From assembly GCA_965223005.1 (NCBI GenBank), contig CBDCVK010000010.1, positions 1,440,001-1,504,000 on the forward strand: a DNA stretch of 64,000 bases, read 5' to 3'. The stretch comes from Terriglobia bacterium (GTDB taxonomy: Bacteria > Acidobacteriota > Terriglobia > JAJPHL01 > JAPKYU01). The notes beneath the pieces are model-generated. The model made no database searches. It had not been told where the DNA came from and saw nothing but the letters and a program-made list of their open reading frames with translations. Of the stretch, positions 30,071 to 40,730 are shown one piece after another. The translations under genes were made by a program, and so were the position numbers. How positions within the stretch are numbered: the stretch's first letter is position 1; each line of letters opens with the position of its first letter.

Positions 30071-30502
30071 GTTCTAAACAGGAAGTGCGTTGCGTGTTGC
30101 ATTCGGTTGTGGGCTATGGTCGCAAGTTGCAGAATCGCGTCGGATTGGCGGATCAAACATTTTTCCCTCACTTGTCATGGACGGAAGACCGCATGGGAGT
30201 AAGTCAACGGGCCGGTTGTCGAGGGATCGTTCTTTGCATCCCGCCCGTGTTGAGGGATTTCGGTGGGCTGTGGAGAACTTGTGCAAAGAGTTGGACGTTC
30301 CTTTATAACCATTTTACTATCAACGAACTACATGGCTGGGCTTGCAGTGAAAAATCGCCGCCTGCTGCGGCACGAAGAGGCAAACTGGATCGCGTTCTCC
30401 TGCAAGCGCTAACTTGCACTACCTTGCAGCGACCAGAAAAACTTGCGAGCGACCGTAGCCGCACTGTAACAATCCCCGGTTCCGCTTCGCATTAAGCTCG
30501 CG

Positions 30503-31867
30503 ATGGCTCCTAGCGACCCGGTCTTAGAAAAAGGATTACCGAGCAACCTGGATGCCGAACGATCGGTCCTCGGCGCCGTCCTGCTGGATAACTCCGCTTA
30601 CAACTACGCTGCAGAACTCCTGATCGCCGACGATTTTTCAAGCGATGGCCACCGGCGGATCTTCGCGCGCATGGTGACTCTGGGGGAAAGCGGGCGACCG
30701 ATTGACCCGGTCACGCTGACCGAGGAACTGCTGCGCACCAACGAACTGGAGACGGCCGGGGGGGTGGCCTACCTGTCGGCACTCACCGAGGGGCTGCCGC
30801 GGGCGAGCAACGTCGCCCACTACGCCCGCATCGTCAAAGACAAGGCGGTACTGCGCCGCTTGGTTCACACCTCCAACAGCATTCTTCACGAAGCAATGGA
30901 AGGCTCCGAGGATGCCGCCGACATCCTGGGGCGCGCCGAAAGCGCCATGCTTTCGGTGGGAGAAGACCGCGAGCGCGACGGGCTGACCACCCTGGGCGAA
31001 GTCTTCAAGAAGACCTACAGGTCGCTGGACGACCTGCTGGACCGCGGCAGCCGCATCACCGGCCTGACCACTGGCTTCCGCCGGTTCGACGACCTCACCT
31101 GCGGGCTGCAGTCGAACGACCTGATCCTGGTCGCGGCGCGCCCGAGCATGGGCAAGACTGCCTGGGCCCTGTCGGTGGCTTTGCACGTAGCAGTCAAGCT
31201 TTTCCCTCCCCGCACTGTCGGCATCTTCAGCCTGGAGATGAGCAAGGAAGCGCTGTTGATTCGCCTGCTGTGCGCGGAGGCTCGCGTGGACTCGCACAAG
31301 TTCCGGTCCGGCTTCCTCAACAAGGAGGAAATGCAACGGCTGGCCCAGGCCATGGGCCGGCTGGCCCAGGCACCGATCTACATTGACGACACGCCCGGCC
31401 TCCGCCTGCAGGGGATGCACGCGAAGGCGCGGCGGCTGAAGAAGGAGCACGGTTTGGCCCTCGTCGTGCTCGACTACATCCAGCTGATGAACGCGCCTAG
31501 GGCGGAAAACCGCAACCAGGAGATTTCGGCGCTGTCGCGGGGGCTAAAAGCGCTGGCGAAGGATCTGGAGGTGCCCCTGCTGGCGCTCTCGCAGCTTTCC
31601 CGGGCTCCCGAACATCGCGGCCAGGAGCACCACCCGCAGCTAGCCGACCTGCGCGACAGCGGCTCACTGGAGCAGGACGCCGACCTGGTGGCTTTCCTCT
31701 ATCGCAAAGACTACTACCTGAGGATGGCCGGCCAGGAGGTGCCCGACGACGTGGCTGGGCGGGCGGAACTGATCATCGCCAAGCAACGCAATGGCCCCAC
31801 TGACAGGGTGCCTCTTGCCTTCCTGGACCGCTTCGCGCGCTTCGACAACATCGCCGAGGGGTTTTAG
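30503..31867 (+). CDS. dnaB: Replicative DNA helicase
   Basis: AERSVLG, AARPSMGKT, FSLEM, DYIQLM, LSQLSR, LRDSGSLEQDAD, KQRNGP; no intein. Confidence 0.98.
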   Translation: MAPSDPVLEKGLPSNLDAERSVLGAVLLDNSAYNYAAELLIADDFSSDGHRRIFARMVTLGESGRPIDPVTLTEELLRTNELETAGGVAYLSALTEGLPRASNVAHYARIVKDKAVLRRLVHTSNSILHEAMEGSEDAADILGRAESAMLSVGEDRERDGLTTLGEVFKKTYRSLDDLLDRGSRITGLTTGFRRFDDLTCGLQSNDLILVAARPSMGKTAWALSVALHVAVKLFPPRTVGIFSLEMSKEALLIRLLCAEARVDSHKFRSGFLNKEEMQRLAQAMGRLAQAPIYIDDTPGLRLQGMHAKARRLKKEHGLALVVLDYIQLMNAPRAENRNQEISALSRGLKALAKDLEVPLLALSQLSRAPEHRGQEHHPQLADLRDSGSLEQDADLVAFLYRKDYYLRMAGQEVPDDVAGRAELIIAKQRNGPTDRVPLAFLDRFARFDNIAEGF

Positions 31868-31889
31868 GCCGGCGTGGAAGGATCGCCAC

Positions 31890-33014
31890 ATGTTGGGCCG
31901 CCGCAGCTGGGCTGAGGTTTCGCTGGGCCGATTGCGGGCCAATTTCCAGGCGATCCGCTCTCTGGTGGGTCCCAAGATCCAGATTCTGGCGGTGCTGAAG
32001 GCAGACGCCTACGGCCACGGCTCGGTCGAGGTGGCAGGGGCGCTGGCCGAGGAGGGGGCCGACTGGTTCGGCGTCACCTGCGCTTCCGAGGCGACGCCGC
32101 TACGCCGCGCCGGCCTGACCCAGCCGATCCTGCTGTTTAGCGGCTTCTGGCCGGGCGAGGAAGAGCTGTTGTTCGAGCAGCGGCTAACCCCGACTGTGTT
32201 CGCCGAGCCACACCTGTGTCTACTTGACGCCTGCGCCCGAAAGCGCGGCGTCCGGCTTCCTGTTCATCTCAAAGTGGATACCGGAATGACCCGCCTGGGC
32301 ATCGCCGCCTCCGAGCTGGCCCTGTTCCTGGAGCTTCTGCGCACCTGCACGCATCTCCAGCTCGAAGGCCTCTACACTCATCTGGCCTCGGCCGAAGAGC
32401 CTTCGCTGGAGCAAACCCGCCAGCAACTGGAGTTGTTCGGGAGCATCCAGCAGCAGGTGAAAGAGGCAGGCTTTCACCCGCCCTACGTCCATCTGGCCAA
32501 CAGTACGGCAATGGCCCGCTGTCCCGAATCCTGGGGGACCATGGTGCGGCCGGGGTTGGCGCTCTACGGCTACCAGCTTGGGGAATCCGCGCTGGAGGTG
32601 GAGCCGGTGCTAAGTCTGAAGTCGCGGGTGCTTTCCTTACGGTGGGTGCCTGAGGGGACGGCGGTGGGCTATGGCGCTAGCTACGTGACGCCAGCCCGGG
32701 CGCGGATTGCCACCGTGGGCGCCGGCTATGCCGATGGTGTCAACCGCTCCCTCTCCAACCGCGGCCGCGCCCTGCTGCGTGGCCTGCCGCGCGGCTGCTT
32801 CGCCCCGGTGGTGGGCCGCGTCAGCATGGATTTCACCCTCTTGGACGTGACCGCCATTCCCAACGTCGAAGTAGGCGATGAGGTGGTGTTCATCGGCTGC
32901 CAAGGAGCGGCCCAGATCACGGCTGCCGAAATCGCCGAGTGCGCCGGCACCATCCCTTACGAGATCCTCTGCAACATCGGCCCGCGCGTCCCCCACGTCT
33001 ATCTTTCCTCTTGA
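31890..33014 (+). CDS. alr: Alanine racemase
   Basis: AVLKADAYGHG, HLKVDTGMTRLG, GYADG, GRVSMD, TIPYEILC. Confidence 0.97.
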   Translation: MLGRRSWAEVSLGRLRANFQAIRSLVGPKIQILAVLKADAYGHGSVEVAGALAEEGADWFGVTCASEATPLRRAGLTQPILLFSGFWPGEEELLFEQRLTPTVFAEPHLCLLDACARKRGVRLPVHLKVDTGMTRLGIAASELALFLELLRTCTHLQLEGLYTHLASAEEPSLEQTRQQLELFGSIQQQVKEAGFHPPYVHLANSTAMARCPESWGTMVRPGLALYGYQLGESALEVEPVLSLKSRVLSLRWVPEGTAVGYGASYVTPARARIATVGAGYADGVNRSLSNRGRALLRGLPRGCFAPVVGRVSMDFTLLDVTAIPNVEVGDEVVFIGCQGAAQITAAEIAECAGTIPYEILCNIGPRVPHVYLSS

Positions 33015-33219
33015 TTGTGGATATTCCAGTGCTCCCAGGAAGTCGCGCTCGCCCAGCCCCCAAAGTAAGTTCCGACAGCTCCGCACCGGCGCCCGTAGGA
33101 ACGCTCTGATCCAAGAAGGAAATTTCTTTCCCCCTCGGGATACCCTTTAGTATCCTGAGTCCCTAGTGTGCCGGTTCGCAGATGTGTTCCAGGCCGGTTA
33201 TAGAGTGCGAGGAGGCGAT

Positions 33220-34266
33220 ATGGAAGAGAAATCAAGACGGGATTTTCTGCGCGACGCTGTAGCGGTAACCTCAGTGGCTGTCTTGGCCGAGGAATTCATC
33301 GCGCAGACTGCCAGCGCCACAGCGTCTGGGCTGCCCACGCGCCCGCTGGGCAAGACCGGGCTTCGGGTGTCGATTGTTGGTCTGGGGGGCGGGCATATTG
33401 GCGCGCTCAACGACGACAGCCTGGCCATCCGAATTATGCACGCGGCGATTGACGAGGGGCTCACCTTCTTCGACAACGCTTGGGAGTACTCCGGTGGGGT
33501 CGCCGAGGAACGAATGGGCCGGGCCCTCGCCATGGATCGCCGCCGCGACAAGGTCTTCCTGATGACCAAGGACTGCGAGCGTGATTACCAGGGCTCGATG
33601 AGAAACCTGGAGGAGAGTCTTCGACGCTTGCGGACGGACTACCTCGACCTCTGGCAATTCCATGAGATTAACTACCACAACGATCCTGACTGGGCCTTCG
33701 ATAGAGGCGCAATCCGGGCCGGCCTGGAAGCGAAAAAAGCGGGCAAGGTGCGGTTCATCGGATTCACCGGGCACAAGGATCCGCTCATTCACCTGAAAAT
33801 GATCTCCAAACCCTACCCTTGGGACGCGGTCCAGATGCCGATCAACGTGATGGACGCGCACTATCGGAGCTTCCTAAATGAAGTCGTCCCAGTGTGTTTG
33901 AAAAGCAAGATTGGCGTGCTCGGAATGAAGGGCCTGGCCGGCGGCAGGCCCGAGGGTCGGCTAACGTCGGAAGCCGGGCTGAGCGCAACGGACTGCTATC
34001 GGTTTTGCCTGAGCCAGCCGGTATCCACTCAGATCCTGGGAATCACCACCATGGAACAGTTAAACGAGAATGTCGCGATGGCCCGACATTTCAAGCCAAT
34101 GTCTGGGGAGGAAAAGAACGCTTTGATGGCCCGCGTGAAAGACGAAGCGACCGACGGACGCCACGAATTGTTCAAAAGCAGCAAACAGTTCGATAGTACG
34201 CATCACCGGCTACAGCACGGCTTCGAGGCGAGGGCGGCGATTGATGACCCTCAGCATGCCTCTTGA
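33220..34266 (+). CDS. Aldo/keto reductase with Tat signal
   Basis: SRRDFL; RPLGKTG, FFDNAWEY, SLRRLRTDYLDL, IGFTGH; GGAGG RBS. Confidence 0.9.
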   Translation: MEEKSRRDFLRDAVAVTSVAVLAEEFIAQTASATASGLPTRPLGKTGLRVSIVGLGGGHIGALNDDSLAIRIMHAAIDEGLTFFDNAWEYSGGVAEERMGRALAMDRRRDKVFLMTKDCERDYQGSMRNLEESLRRLRTDYLDLWQFHEINYHNDPDWAFDRGAIRAGLEAKKAGKVRFIGFTGHKDPLIHLKMISKPYPWDAVQMPINVMDAHYRSFLNEVVPVCLKSKIGVLGMKGLAGGRPEGRLTSEAGLSATDCYRFCLSQPVSTQILGITTMEQLNENVAMARHFKPMSGEEKNALMARVKDEATDGRHELFKSSKQFDSTHHRLQHGFEARAAIDDPQHAS

Positions 34267-34390
34267 GGCTGAAGGAGATCACTCCAGCCCGATCCTGACT
34301 TAAATGACTTGGTACTTCCGACAGCGCGCGCCACTAGCACTGTCTCGCCCATAGAATCAAGTTCGTCCGGTGTTATACTGAGGCTAAAGA

Positions 34391-35578
34391 ATGGCAAGTA
34401 ATTTGCCGACGAAAGTTCCGGCCGGTATTTCAGCGCCGGAACGGAAAGGGGTTACTGTGCTTGACCTTGCGATTGTAAGGGCAGTGTTCGCCGCCGTCCT
34501 CACCGTCGCTTGCTACTACTTCCGTCCTTTTGGGCTTGGCGCGGAGTCTGCCTTGCTTGTGGGCCTGGCGCTTTCAGCAGCTATCATCAGTTTTGAAATT
34601 CGATTAAGGCGCGCCAGCCTGACCCGGTTGATCGGCGCGGCGGTGGGTTCCACGTTGGGAATCCTCGGCGCCTTCCTGATCAGCCTGGTGATCGGACACG
34701 CCGTGAACGAGCCCACCACGAAGTCCTTCCTGCAGGTGATGACGCTCCTGCTGATGGGCTACGTGGGGCTGGTAGTGGGAGCGAGCAAAGGCGACTTGCT
34801 GAACCTGGCCGCCTTGGGGGACCTGTTTGGCAGCGAGAAGCAGGTCAGGGAGTCTCTTAAAGTGCTGGACACCAGCGTCATCATTGACGGCCGCATCGCT
34901 GACATCTGCGAGACCGGTTTTGTGGACGGCGTCCTGGTGATCCCGCGGTTTGTGCTGCGCGAGCTGCAACTGGTGGCCGACTCGGCCGACTCCCTGAAGC
35001 GCAACCGTGGCCGTCGCGGTCTCGACGTGCTGCAACACATCCAGAAGATGGCCGAATTGCAGATACGGATCGTCGAGGACGACTTCCTGCACATCCGCGA
35101 AGTGGACATGAAGCTGATCGAATTGGCCAAGAGGTACGACGCCAAGATCGTCACCAACGACTTTAACCTGAACAAGGTGGCCCAAGTGCAGGGCGTCCCG
35201 GTGTTGAACATCAACGAGCTGGCTAATTCCCTGAAGCCGATTGTCTTGCCGGGCGAGACCATGAGGGTGTTCATCCTGAAAGAAGGCAAGGAGCACAACC
35301 AGGGAGTGGCCTATCTGGACGACGGGACGATGGTCGTGGTGGACAATGCCAGGAAGATGATCAGCAGGACCATAGACATCACGGTCACTTCAGTGCTGCA
35401 GACGACGGCCGGCAAGATGATTTTCGGTAAGTACGACGAGCGGACGCATCACCGCCCAGCTCCCGCAGCTGGCGGGAGCAGCCCGGAAAGCCCCGGAGCG
35501 GCTTATCCCTCTGGAGTTGGTGGGCGTTCTCAACACCGCGAGCGTTCCGAACCCACGAATCTGTCGGAACGGCTGTGA
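34391..35578 (+). CDS. PIN/TRAM domain membrane protein (YacL family)
   Basis: LDTSVIIDGRI, KRNRGRRGLD, TNDFNLNKVA, YLDDGTMVVV, SVLQTTAGKMIF. Confidence 0.93.
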   Translation: MASNLPTKVPAGISAPERKGVTVLDLAIVRAVFAAVLTVACYYFRPFGLGAESALLVGLALSAAIISFEIRLRRASLTRLIGAAVGSTLGILGAFLISLVIGHAVNEPTTKSFLQVMTLLLMGYVGLVVGASKGDLLNLAALGDLFGSEKQVRESLKVLDTSVIIDGRIADICETGFVDGVLVIPRFVLRELQLVADSADSLKRNRGRRGLDVLQHIQKMAELQIRIVEDDFLHIREVDMKLIELAKRYDAKIVTNDFNLNKVAQVQGVPVLNINELANSLKPIVLPGETMRVFILKEGKEHNQGVAYLDDGTMVVVDNARKMISRTIDITVTSVLQTTAGKMIFGKYDERTHHRPAPAAGGSSPESPGAAYPSGVGGRSQHRERSEPTNLSERL

Positions 35579-36336
35579 AGGTCGCTGCCATCATTCCGGC
35601 AGCGGGGATGGGGACGCGGATGGCGTTGATGCCGGGAGCCTCGGCTCGCTCCGGGGTACCCCGCGCGGGCGTGGAGGTGGCCGCCGGCTCCCCCCGCAAG
35701 CAGTTCCTGCTGTTGGACGGCGTACCGATCCTGATCTATACCCTGCGGAAGTTCGCGTCCTGCCGGCTGGTGGGGCGGATGTACGTGGCCGTCCGACCTG
35801 AAGACCAAGCCGTCTTTGTGCCGGCTCTGGAGCGCGAGCCCTTCGCCGCCCAGGTGGAAGTGGTGCCCGGCGGCGACTACCGCCAGGAATCGGTGGAGAA
35901 CTGCCTGCTATGCATCTCGCCCGATACCGATCTGGTGGTGGTGCATGATGCGGTGCGCCCTTTCGTAGAAGGCAGCGCCATCGAACGGGTGATTCAGGAG
36001 GGGGAAAAGACCGGGGCCGCCATCCTCGGCATTCCCAGCGTGGATACGGTGAAGCAGGTCGAACGGACCCGGGTGCTGGGAACGATCCCTCGTGAGCGGA
36101 TTGTGCTGGCCCAAACCCCGCAGGTGTTCCGCCACGCGCTCCTGAAACAAGCCTTCGAACGGGCGGCGGAGGACGGCTTCCAGGCCACCGACGAGGCCAG
36201 CCTGGTGGAACACCTGGGCGCGGAAGTTAGCGTGGTCATGGGATCGGACCGCAACATCAAGGTCACCAAACCCGGTGATTTGGAACTGGCCCGCCTATTC
36301 CTGTCGGAGGAGCGCGCTCGCGCCAGCCTTGCCTGA
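35575..36336 (+). CDS. ispD: MEP cytidylyltransferase
   Basis: IIPAAGMGTRM, RQESV, VHDAVRPF, AQTPQVF, TDEASL, NIKVT. Confidence 0.96.
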   Translation: MKVAAIIPAAGMGTRMALMPGASARSGVPRAGVEVAAGSPRKQFLLLDGVPILIYTLRKFASCRLVGRMYVAVRPEDQAVFVPALEREPFAAQVEVVPGGDYRQESVENCLLCISPDTDLVVVHDAVRPFVEGSAIERVIQEGEKTGAAILGIPSVDTVKQVERTRVLGTIPRERIVLAQTPQVFRHALLKQAFERAAEDGFQATDEASLVEHLGAEVSVVMGSDRNIKVTKPGDLELARLFLSEERARASLA

Positions 36337-36349
36337 GGTTCCTCCCGCC

Positions 36350-36829
36350 ATGATTCGTGTGGGGATCGGCTACGACTCGCACCGGCTGGTGGAAGGGCGC
36401 AAACTCATCCTTGGATTAGTCGAGATTCCCTTCGAGCGGGGCTTGGCAGGACACAGCGACGGCGATGTGCTTTCCCATGCCATTGCCGATGCGCTGCTCG
36501 GCGCCGCCGGATTAGGCGACCTGGGCCGCCATTTCCCGGACACCGACCCGGCCTTCCGCGGGGCCTCCAGTACCCTGTTCTTCTCCAAGGTCCTTGCCCT
36601 GCTGGCGGAGAAGGGCTACCGTCCGGCGTCAGTGGACGCGGTGGTGATCCTGGAACGTCCCCGGCTGGCCCCGCACCAGCAGGCTGTTGGTTCGGCGCTA
36701 GCCGCGGCTCTGCACCTGGCTCCGGAAAACGTCAACGTCAAGGCGAAAACGGCCGAGGGCCTGGGCGAGATCGGGCGCGGGGAGGCAGCCGCGGCGCACG
36801 CGATTGCAGTGATTGAACCACTCCGCTGA
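36350..36829 (+). CDS. ispF: MEcPP synthase
   Basis: GIGYDSH, GHSDGDV, DALLGA, HFPDTD, KAKTAEGLG. Confidence 0.97.
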   Translation: MIRVGIGYDSHRLVEGRKLILGLVEIPFERGLAGHSDGDVLSHAIADALLGAAGLGDLGRHFPDTDPAFRGASSTLFFSKVLALLAEKGYRPASVDAVVILERPRLAPHQQAVGSALAAALHLAPENVNVKAKTAEGLGEIGRGEAAAAHAIAVIEPLR

Positions 36830-36936
36830 GCCGGTCCACTGGCCCGTCGCCTCGGGCGCGCTGATTCGCCGGGTCGACAGACGGCGTCAGCATTCACTTC
36901 GGAACAACATGCAGGCAACGGTTCTTGAGCACCTTG

Positions 36937-38013
36937 TCAGGGCGCGGCGTCCTCAAAGTCGATCTTGGTGTCGGCGGTGAAGCGCCGGTACTGGCGGAAT
37001 TGAATCTCGTTGCGGGTGGCGACGCGTCCTTCGTCCATTTCCATCACGGCACGGGACGGCAGCAGGAAGGAGCGCCCGGCGATGGTGGCGTAATCGTAGT
37101 CCAGAGTGGTGGAGGCAGCGCGGATGGGAAAGTCGCGGGGGATCTCCTCGGCTTCGATCGAGAGACGCAGCACCTGGTGATTCTCTGCGTCCACGACCAC
37201 CTGGCCCCCGTACGGGGGAACGATAGTGAGCTCGTTGTTCCAGGTGATACGCCAGCGGGAACGGTCTTCTGCCACGCGGTATTCGTACTCGTAGACCGCA
37301 CGACCACGGAGGGAAGCCGGCCCCACCCAGGCGAAGCGAGTTCGGGTCTTCGGCAGGAACAGGTTGTGGAGTAGACTTCCAAATTCGCCAGTGGAGGTGG
37401 CGCCGCCCAGTGATTCATAGCTGCGGTTGGTGATCTGGTCGTTGATGGTCACCACCTGATAGCTTTCCCGGTGCTCATTGTAGGTGAGCCGCAACTGAAT
37501 GGTGTCCAGGGTCCTCCAATAGCCGCTGCCGTCCAGGTTCACCTTGCGTTTGGTGACCTGCACGCAGATGAAGTTGGGCAGCTTGTCCGTGTATTGGAGG
37601 GCATTTTGGCGCACCTGCTCCAGTAGGCGAGTTTGCTCTGAGGGATCGAGCGGCGGAGGTTTTGGGCCCGCTTTGGGAGCCGGCGCCGGGCGGGCGCCAC
37701 CGCTGCGATGCTTCAATTCCTCGGCTGCCTGATCCAGGGCCTCCAGCAACGCGGTGCTGGCTCCCTGTTTCTTCAGTTCCTTGCGGATGGACTTGGTGAG
37801 CAAGAAGCCGATCCCGCGGCTCTGGACCATTTCCAGCACCTGCTCCTTGCTGAACAGACCCTTGCTGCGCACCAGGAGGAACAGTTCGTCCCGGCTGATC
37901 GATGGGTCTGGGCTCTCCTGCGCCGCAGGCACGTTCTGGGGCGCGAGAAGGAGCAGGGACACCAACAGAAAAACCACGGCATCCCTAGGATACCACCGAC
38001 GGCAGGCAAACAT
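36937..38013 (-). CDS. Secreted hypothetical protein (helical N-domain, Pro linker, beta-rich domain); start uncertain
   Basis: Signal peptide; YTDKLPNFIC, STGEFGS and FLLP motifs; long open frame. Confidence 0.75.
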   Translation of the reverse strand: MFACRRWYPRDAVVFLLVSLLLLAPQNVPAAQESPDPSISRDELFLLVRSKGLFSKEQVLEMVQSRGIGFLLTKSIRKELKKQGASTALLEALDQAAEELKHRSGGARPAPAPKAGPKPPPLDPSEQTRLLEQVRQNALQYTDKLPNFICVQVTKRKVNLDGSGYWRTLDTIQLRLTYNEHRESYQVVTINDQITNRSYESLGGATSTGEFGSLLHNLFLPKTRTRFAWVGPASLRGRAVYEYEYRVAEDRSRWRITWNNELTIVPPYGGQVVVDAENHQVLRLSIEAEEIPRDFPIRAASTTLDYDYATIAGRSFLLPSRAVMEMDEGRVATRNEIQFRQYRRFTADTKIDFEDAAP

Positions 38014-38129
38014 AGGCACGTCTCCGATCTTGGCAGCATTGACGCCCTGTGCCCTCAATCATAGAATTTGTTCCTTGGGTAAGGTTTGGAATGGAACTAT
38101 AGATCGGTGAACCATGGATCGGTGAATCA

Positions 38130-38978
38130 ATGGTCCGAGTCTCCACCATCGGGTATTTGAACACGGTGCCGCTCACCTGGAGCCTGCTGCGGCAGCGCGC
38201 GGACGAGCTGGAATTCAGCTTCACCGTGCCCTCGCAATGCGCCGAGCAGGTCGCAAACGGGCAGGCCGACGTGGGCTTGATTCCCTCCATCGAATACGCG
38301 CGAATTCCCGGGCTGGCGGTGCTGGCGGGTCCGGTGATCGCCAGCCGTACGCAGGTACGCAGCATCCTGCTGCTGGCGGCCGGCCCACTGGAGAAGATTC
38401 GGACTGTTGCCGCCGACACTTCTTCGCGGACCACCGTGGCTCTGGCGGATCTATTGCTGCGCTGCCGCTACGGCACCCGCGTCGAAATGGCGCCCTGCTC
38501 TCCCGAGCCGGCCAGCATGTTGGAGCGCTGCGATGCCGCGGTGCTGATTGGTGACCCGGCGCTGCGCTACGGGCTGCGGCCCCTGCCCGGCATCCGCGCC
38601 ATAGACCTGGTGGCCGAATGGCGTGCCTGGACCGGCCTGCCGTTTGTGTTCGCTTTTTGGGTGGCGCGGCAGGAGGTCGCCAGCCCGGAACTGGCCCAGC
38701 TTTTCCTGGAGGCGCGCGAGCGGGGCCTGGCCGCGATCGCTCAGATTGTTCATGAGGAAGCACGCAGCCGCAGCCTGCCGGAATCTGTGGTACAGGAATA
38801 CCTCTGTCGCAATCTCTGCTACGATATGGACGCGGAGTGCCGGGCCGGGCTGGATCACTTTTACCGCCTGGCGGCCGAGCACGGTGTGATTCCAAACGTC
38901 CCGCGCCTGCACATGGTGCTGCCGGAAAGCGTATCGCGGGCCGCGGCGGGCTCGGCCTCCTTGGACAACACTCAATGA
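38130..38978 (+). CDS. mqnA: Chorismate dehydratase (futalosine pathway)
   Basis: IGYLNTVPL, SSRTT, LIGDPAL, WTGLPFVFAFW; adjacent to mqnC. Confidence 0.9.
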   Translation: MVRVSTIGYLNTVPLTWSLLRQRADELEFSFTVPSQCAEQVANGQADVGLIPSIEYARIPGLAVLAGPVIASRTQVRSILLLAAGPLEKIRTVAADTSSRTTVALADLLLRCRYGTRVEMAPCSPEPASMLERCDAAVLIGDPALRYGLRPLPGIRAIDLVAEWRAWTGLPFVFAFWVARQEVASPELAQLFLEARERGLAAIAQIVHEEARSRSLPESVVQEYLCRNLCYDMDAECRAGLDHFYRLAAEHGVIPNVPRLHMVLPESVSRAAAGSASLDNTQ

Positions 38979-40006
38979 CGGAAGCGGAAGCCCTGGATCT
39001 GTTTCAAAGCGATGACCTGATCGGGATCGGCCTGGCTGCCGACGCCGTGCGTCGCCGCCTGCATCCGGACGGCGTTGTCACCTATCTGATTGACCGCAAC
39101 ATCAACTACACCAACCTCTGCACCGAATACTGCTCCTTCTGCGCCTTTTACCGCCCGATGGACTCCAGCGAAGGCTACCTGCTGTCACAAGCAACGATGT
39201 TCCACAAGATCCAGGAGACGCTGGCTCTGGGCGGGACGGGTGTCCTGATGCAGGGCGGGCTGCACCGCGACCTGAAGATCGAGTGGTACGAGGAGTTGTT
39301 GTCGGCCATTCGGCAGCGCTTTCCGCGCGTGCACCTGCATTGTTTCTCAGCTCCTGAAATCTTGAACATCGCCCAGATCAGCGGGCTGACCATTCGCGAC
39401 ACGATCGCCCGGCTGAAGGACTCCGGGCTGGATTCGATCCCGGGCGGCGGAGCCGAAATCCTGGACGACGAGGTGCGGTGGCGCATCAGTCGCCTGAAGT
39501 GCACCACCGAAGAGTGGCTCACGGTGCACCGCACCGCGCACGCGCTCGGGTTGAGCACTACGGCCACCATGATGTTCGGCTGCGGGGAAACCTACGCGCA
39601 CCGCGTCCGCCACTTCCTGCGCATTCGGCAATTGCAGCAGGACACCGGCGGGTTCACCGCCTTCATCCCCTGGATCTTCCAGCGCACCAACACGCCGCTG
39701 GGCAGCTTCATCAAGGAAGAAGCCACTGCAGTGGAGTACTTGAAGACCCTAGCCATCGCCCGCCTGTTCCTGGACGACATCCACAACGTGCAGGCTTCCT
39801 GGCTGACACCGGGCCTGAAGATGGGCCAGATCGCCCTGCGCTTTGGTGGCAACGATCTGGGCAGCATCCTGATCGAGGAGAATGTCGTTTCCGCGGCCGG
39901 CTGCGAGAACCGTACCAACGAAGAAGAGTTGCGCCGCATCATCCGCGACGCCGGTTTCCGGCCCGTGCAGCGCGACACCCTCTACCGTGTCTACTTCCTG
40001 AAATGA
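38975..40006 (+). CDS. mqnC: Cyclic dehypoxanthine futalosine synthase (radical SAM)
   Basis: DRNINYTNLCTEYCSFCAFY, LMQGG, SIPGGGAEIL, GFTAFIPW, EENVVSAAG; ATGA overlap. Confidence 0.93.
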   Translation: MTEAEALDLFQSDDLIGIGLAADAVRRRLHPDGVVTYLIDRNINYTNLCTEYCSFCAFYRPMDSSEGYLLSQATMFHKIQETLALGGTGVLMQGGLHRDLKIEWYEELLSAIRQRFPRVHLHCFSAPEILNIAQISGLTIRDTIARLKDSGLDSIPGGGAEILDDEVRWRISRLKCTTEEWLTVHRTAHALGLSTTATMMFGCGETYAHRVRHFLRIRQLQQDTGGFTAFIPWIFQRTNTPLGSFIKEEATAVEYLKTLAIARLFLDDIHNVQASWLTPGLKMGQIALRFGGNDLGSILIEENVVSAAGCENRTNEEELRRIIRDAGFRPVQRDTLYRVYFLK

Positions 40007-40698
40007 GCCGTGGACAGGCCCATTCCCGCACCCTCAGTCTTCCATCGGTGTTGGCCTCGACGTTGACCCTGAGCTTTTTGCTGTCGCTTCTGCTGGTGCC
40101 ACCCTCACTTCGGGGCCAGCAATCCGGTTCCGGCGAAGACGTCAACGCATGGAAATACAAGCACCTGGCGGTGGTGGTCCACAATTCCGGCGCCCACCGA
40201 TCGATGGCACTCTATTGCATTGATGTCCTGAACCAGCTGGCGGGGATCAAACCGCCTCCAGTGTCGGTCAGCCTGTTTGGGTTTGAGGAAGCGTTCCGGC
40301 AACTGGAAGGAGGACGTTTTGCCCGCAAAGTCCGCCTGCTCCTGCCCGACACGACCAGCGCCGAAGCCATGCGTGAGGCGGCCGATGAGCTGGTATTCCG
40401 TGGCCCCTCTCCGGTGTATGACGCTGTGGACGCCGCTTTGAATGCTGCAACTGAGCACCCCGCCGCCGCCGTGCTGCTCCTGTCGAACGCGATTGACAAT
40501 GCCAGCGCCGCTTCGTTCAAGGACCTGGCTCGCCGCGCGAAGAAGACTGGCGTGCCCATCCTCGCGGTTTACCTTCCCACCAACCCGCCGCAAAAAGGTC
40601 CCTCCCGCATGCGCCGTCTGGCCAAGGTTTCCGGCGGCCGCTTCATTGACGCGAGCGCCGAAGATGCCTGGCAGCAACTGCTGGCCGCGTTGCGCTGA
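40003..40698 (+). CDS. Secreted degenerate VWA-like protein
   Basis: Signal peptide; SPVYDAV, VLLLSNAIDNAS, LAKVSGGRF. Confidence 0.65.
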   Translation: MSRGQAHSRTLSLPSVLASTLTLSFLLSLLLVPPSLRGQQSGSGEDVNAWKYKHLAVVVHNSGAHRSMALYCIDVLNQLAGIKPPPVSVSLFGFEEAFRQLEGGRFARKVRLLLPDTTSAEAMREAADELVFRGPSPVYDAVDAALNAATEHPAAAVLLLSNAIDNASAASFKDLARRAKKTGVPILAVYLPTNPPQKGPSRMRRLAKVSGGRFIDASAEDAWQQLLAALR

Positions 40699-40730
40699 CG
40701 GATTCTGTAGATTAGCCGGAAAGATAGCTG

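Noticed and set aside
29892-30495. ORFs 29892-30077 and 30085-30495, or oriC
   Set aside because: The ORFs have atypical composition and no motifs; only one near-consensus DnaA box and no dnaA/dnaN context.
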